Positions 17,219 through 20,000 of a stretch of 20,000 nt of DNA are shown in pieces; position 1 is the first letter of the stretch; every line of letters begins with the position of its first letter. Made by a program: the position numbers and the translations under genes. This stretch comes from an uncultured virus (IMG/VR IMGVR_UViG_3300022752_000052) (taxonomy: Duplodnaviria; Heunggongvirae; Uroviricota; Caudoviricetes). The stretch spans positions 57,617 through 77,616 of the IMG/VR virus record IMGVR_UViG_3300022752_000052. One strand, given 5' to 3'. A model generated the notes under the pieces. It searched no databases, was not told the DNA's origin, and saw only the letters and a list, made by a program, of their open reading frames with translations.

Positions 17219-17476
17219 CTATCTATAGTTTTTAAAATGTCTATTATTAGAATCAGAATCACGTTTTAAAGACTGTAATCTCTGTAATCTTTGAGCTCTT
17301 AACTTTTTTAGTTTTTCATCTTCCTTTGCAGCACTATACATTCTACCTACCATCTTTAATTGTGTAGGAATGGCTAATAATGAAAAAAGGGAGGAGAGAA
17401 TCCCCTCCCTGATTTTTTTTATTTTATCATCTTGATTTTTTGGCTGCTTTTTTATTTGCTTCATTTCTTTCCTCAT
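17219..17476 (-). CDS. Small basic hypothetical protein (85 aa; start may be the second Met)
   Basis: Open ORF filling the gap before the TMP; GAGGA precedes the second ATG. It overlaps the frameshift extension and contains a terminator-like hairpin, so it is uncertain. Confidence 0.5.
   Translation of the reverse strand: MRKEMKQIKKQPKNQDDKIKKIREGILSSLFSLLAIPTQLKMVGRMYSAAKEDEKLKKLRAQRLQRLQSLKRDSDSNNRHFKNYR
17383..17410 (-). terminator. Rho-independent terminator-like hairpin after the frameshifted chaperone
   Basis: Minus strand AGGGAGGGGA-TTC-TCTCCTCCCT (10-bp stem with one G-U pair) followed by TTTTT, 16 nt after the TGA of the +1-frame ORF. Confidence 0.65.
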
Positions 17477-17618
17477 AAGCTTGTAGTAATCGGTTATAAA
17501 AGAATTTTCTAATAAATATAGGCATGTCCATCAAATCACTATATGTAAATCCTTTTCCGTAATGAATTAACTGAAAAATCTCTTCATATATGTACTGTCT
17601 ATCTCTCGAGGTCAGGCC
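17427..17618 (-). CDS. Frameshift-accessed C-terminal extension of the gp26-like chaperone (gp51 / gpT / gpE'-like), 63 aa; not in the ORF track
   Basis: +1 frame after TTT TTT T reads GLTSRDRQYIYEEIFQLIHYGKGFTYSDLMDMPIFIRKFFYNRLLQAYEERNEANKKAAKKSR then TGA TAA. No ATG/GTG/TTG between the upstream in-frame stop and codon 29. Confidence 0.75.
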   Translation of the reverse strand, partial: GLTSRDRQYIYEEIFQLIHYGKGFTYSDLMDMPIFIRKFFYNRLLQAYEERNEANKKAAKKSR

Positions 17619-18444
17619 AAAAAAATCTTTCGTCGAAAACCATTGGAGCGCGAAATGGTTCCCCGGTATACCGGTCTATTACTTCTACGTTAAAATCTAC
17701 ATCAGGTTGTATTTTACTAATAAAAGATCTAATAGCTCTACTATCTGCTGCTAATAAATCAGTATCAATATAATTTCTGATAAATACTAAATCTGTGTTT
17801 CCATCCAAAGCTACAATCATGTGCTTTAAACGTAAAGTAAGTAGTCCTGGATCTTTACCTATTTTTTCGTATGATTTTACAATAGCATCTATTTCTTTTT
17901 CTTCTTTTCCTGTAAGAAGTTTTATATGAGCTTCTTTTTTAGATTTTGGAAGAGTAAGTTTAAACAAATTACTATTTTTGTTTACTAAAACTGACTCATC
18001 TATTTTTTTAGGTTTTAACTCTCCTAAGTCAATAGTAGTATCTTGTGTATTACCTGAAGGAGTTGTGACTTGAATTACGTATTCTTCTCCGTAAGCCGCA
18101 ATTCTAGATGCAATCATAATTGCATTTTTGTCTCCTACTAATAAATCATCCCAATCAATTTCTGATACAAGCAAATTTCTAAACATCCTTTCTATGGCTG
18201 TTCCTTGCATGATGTAATTTTGATTAGTTAAAATATCCTCATCTTTGGCGGTCATATACCGTAGTTCTACTTGACCTGTAGATAAGGGATTTTCTTTAGG
18301 ATAAAAAAGTCCTTTAGATGGTAAATCTACAATTAATGTTGTTTGTTTAATTCCCTGAGGGACAGAAGGAATAACCGGAACTGGATTTTCCATGTTTTCT
18401 TCGTCAGGACTTTGATTAAATGTAACTTCTCTGTCTGGTTTCAT
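17599..18444 (-). CDS. Baseplate hub / tail assembly chaperone, T4 gp26-like
   Basis: VDLPSKG.FY, VELRYMTAKDEDIL, DLLVGD..AIMIASRI.AYGEEY, LPKSK and C-terminal FFWPD; located between the tube genes and the TMP. Confidence 0.8.
   Translation of the reverse strand: MKPDREVTFNQSPDEENMENPVPVIPSVPQGIKQTTLIVDLPSKGLFYPKENPLSTGQVELRYMTAKDEDILTNQNYIMQGTAIERMFRNLLVSEIDWDDLLVGDKNAIMIASRIAAYGEEYVIQVTTPSGNTQDTTIDLGELKPKKIDESVLVNKNSNLFKLTLPKSKKEAHIKLLTGKEEKEIDAIVKSYEKIGKDPGLLTLRLKHMIVALDGNTDLVFIRNYIDTDLLAADSRAIRSFISKIQPDVDFNVEVIDRYTGEPFRAPMVFDERFFWPDLER
17619..17625 (-). promoter_or_regulatory. Candidate programmed frameshift site (T7 run, AGA TTT TTT TGG)
   Basis: Seven T residues six codons before the chaperone stop; the +1/-2 frame is open for 63 codons while the -1 frame stops at once (TTG GCC TGA). 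Confidence 0.7.
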
Positions 18445-18550
18445 AATATTATTGTTTAGTTATTTTAATTTATGCTCTAGGTAATAAACTTACAGATGGT
18501 ACTCTTGAATTAAGGGATTTAATAGAGTTTGGGAGTTGATTTGTTGCTAG

Positions 18551-19240
18551 CTATTTGAAAGTTTCTCCTGTATTATATGGTAAAATCTTCTTTTCATTCG
18601 CATCTTTTATTAACGCATAATCATACGTAATTGTTACAGTTATAGTAGATAGATTATCGTCTGACATATCTAAATCTCCCCATTTAACTGCGGAAACATA
18701 AGCTCCGTGTATTTCCCATCTTTCTGACTGAACATTAGTTCTAGGCATTAATGTTTCTAAAATAAGAGTTTTTTTATAGAGTTCTAAAGCATGTTCTTTG
18801 CCTTCTACATAATTTGAATGAGTAGTCATTATCCATTCATAAACTAAAACAGAAGAATCATTTTTAACATCCTCTGAACTTGATAAAGAATCTACGAAAG
18901 GATTGTTACTTGCTCTAGGAGAAAACCTATGTGCAGCTACAGGATCATATAGAACTATTTCTATAGGATCCCAAGTCATTTTTCCTTTAAAATTTGTTTT
19001 TGTATTTATATATTGTAATTCTATATTTTGATAACTAAATCCCGGTTTAGTTGCTGATTTAACTAAATAAGTAGGTATATAGATTCCTTGGACATCTAAA
19101 TAAAGAACAAATCTATTTTTTAGTTTTGGCTCAAAATAAGCAAAGGGCCTGTATTGAGTATACTCAGAAGCCCCAGTTGAATCTAAAGTTAAAGATATTT
19201 CTCTTTTTTTTTCTCTAAATACAGGTGTAGATTTAGCCAT
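18551..19240 (-). CDS. Tail tube protein paralogue 2 (T4 gp19-like)
   Basis: FEPKLKNRFVLY, YLVKSATKP, YINTKTNFKGKMTWDPIEIVLYDP, WEIHGAY, WGDLDMS, ITYDYA. Confidence 0.85.
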   Translation of the reverse strand: MAKSTPVFREKKREISLTLDSTGASEYTQYRPFAYFEPKLKNRFVLYLDVQGIYIPTYLVKSATKPGFSYQNIELQYINTKTNFKGKMTWDPIEIVLYDPVAAHRFSPRASNNPFVDSLSSSEDVKNDSSVLVYEWIMTTHSNYVEGKEHALELYKKTLILETLMPRTNVQSERWEIHGAYVSAVKWGDLDMSDDNLSTITVTITYDYALIKDANEKKILPYNTGETFK

Positions 19241-19290
19241 TTTTCTTTATAATAAATATGTCAAAAACGTAAAATTAGTATATAATTAAA

Positions 19291-19992
19291 CTAGTTTCTT
19301 CCGCCGCCGCCTCCTAGTAAGCCTCCTAATGCGCTAATACCGGCGTTCACTACTGTTTGAGCTGCTCCTTTTCCTATATTTATAGCAGCATCTTTTAATT
19401 GATTTCCTAAATTTGCCCCTCCTCCATCTAGTCCGGGTCCTTCTACATCTGGAAGTTTTATTTTACTTCCTCTAACCATAGCATAATCATACACAATTGT
19501 ACCTTCCATTAGAACTAAATCATCGCTAGACATATCAAATTCGCCCCATTTTACTGAATCAAAAAATGCACCTACTAATATAAAAGAATCGACGACATCA
19601 CCATGAGGGGAAAGAGATCTTAAATATAATGTTCTTTTATATTCGTGTATAAAGCCGTCCTCTCCCGGAGTTAATAAATTGAATGATGTGCCTGTAGTTC
19701 CTGAATTATGATGATAATTATTTATGTAGTCATGAAGCATTTTAGCTCCATTATCCTCTATAGGATCATAGAATCTAACAGTAATAGGTTGCCACCTAGA
19801 TTTTCCTTTTACATGAAATTCAGTATTTATATAATCTACTGTAATGTGATTATTTTCTAAAGTAGGCCTATCCGCTGATTTTATAGCGTATGTAGGGAAG
19901 AAGGGACCAAATGGATCAGCTTGCATATATAACTCAAAACGCATCTGCTGTTTTGGGTTAAAATATTTGAAAGGTTTATGTGTAAATCCCAT
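19291..19992 (-). CDS. Tail tube protein paralogue 1 (T4 gp19-like) with Gly-rich C-terminal extension
   Basis: FNPKQQMRFELY, YAIKSADRP, YINTEFHVKGKSRWQPITVRFYDP, LVGAF, WGEFDMS, IVYDYA, then about 55 aa rich in Gly/Ala. Confidence 0.85.
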   Translation of the reverse strand: MGFTHKPFKYFNPKQQMRFELYMQADPFGPFFPTYAIKSADRPTLENNHITVDYINTEFHVKGKSRWQPITVRFYDPIEDNGAKMLHDYINNYHHNSGTTGTSFNLLTPGEDGFIHEYKRTLYLRSLSPHGDVVDSFILVGAFFDSVKWGEFDMSSDDLVLMEGTIVYDYAMVRGSKIKLPDVEGPGLDGGGANLGNQLKDAAINIGKGAAQTVVNAGISALGGLLGGGGGRN

Positions 19993-20000
19993 ACATGTTT

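Larger units (their letters stand above)
1..20000 (-). other. Segment of a large T4-related (contractile-tailed) bacteriophage genome: tail/baseplate module joined to a DNA replication and nucleotide metabolism module
   Basis: Co-oriented, densely packed genes for tail tubes, tape measure, baseplate, gp32-like SSB, UvsX/RecA, gp41-like helicase and NrdAB. No integrase or host housekeeping genes in the window. Confidence 0.92.

Noticed and set aside
17605..17625. Canonical -1 frameshift at the chaperone T run
   Set aside because: The -1 frame hits TGA two codons after the run; only +1/-2 gives an extension.
17663..17674. 12-bp palindrome CCGGTATACCGG about 40 nt upstream of the slippery site
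   Set aside because: Only a 4-bp stem as RNA and within coding sequence; no evidence it stimulates frameshifting.
17219..19293. Genome-wide TAG recoding (genetic code 15), suggested by four consecutive genes ending in TAG
   Set aside because: Long genes including the 1442-aa TMP are intact in code 11, and three of the four TAGs are followed by another stop within about 10 codons.
9746..19992. Bacterial extracellular contractile injection system or tailocin
   Set aside because: Directly joined to phage-type SSB, recombinase, helicase and RNR genes; a phage genome explains it better.
1..20000. CRISPR array, tRNA or other structured RNA genes
   Set aside because: No spaced repeats seen, and no gap has a cloverleaf or enough unexplained sequence; the 48-nt repeat is a coding duplication.

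Overview
AT-rich (about 30% GC by eye) segment of a large T4-related myovirus genome, host probably Bacteroidota (inferred from the absence of Shine-Dalgarno sites and A-rich starts). All credible genes are on the minus strand. In transcription order: two tandem gp19-like tail tube paralogues, a gp26-like hub/tail assembly chaperone, a small ORF, a 1442-aa tape measure protein, a tube-initiator-like protein, a LysM/gp53-like protein, a baseplate-hub-like protein and a hypothetical. These run with almost no gaps into a replication block: a short divergent family A polymerase, a hypothetical, gp32-like SSB, RecA/UvsX, a FEN/RNase H-type 5'-3' exonuclease, a DnaB/gp41 helicase, nrdB and nrdA. A terminator follows, then an unannotated DUF1599-like ORF that runs off the window. 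Best leads: (1) a hidden +1/-2 frameshift at a T7 run extending the gp26-like chaperone by a 63-aa gp51/gpE'-like tail (lambda G/GT logic), followed by a terminator; (2) a PolA with both catalytic Asp residues but His at the steric-gate position, a possible primase or rNTP/modified-nucleotide polymerase; (3) possible TAG read-through in a tube paralogue; (4) non-canonical active-site residues in NrdA, NrdB and the helicase. All family calls come from motif recognition by eye; no database search was run.
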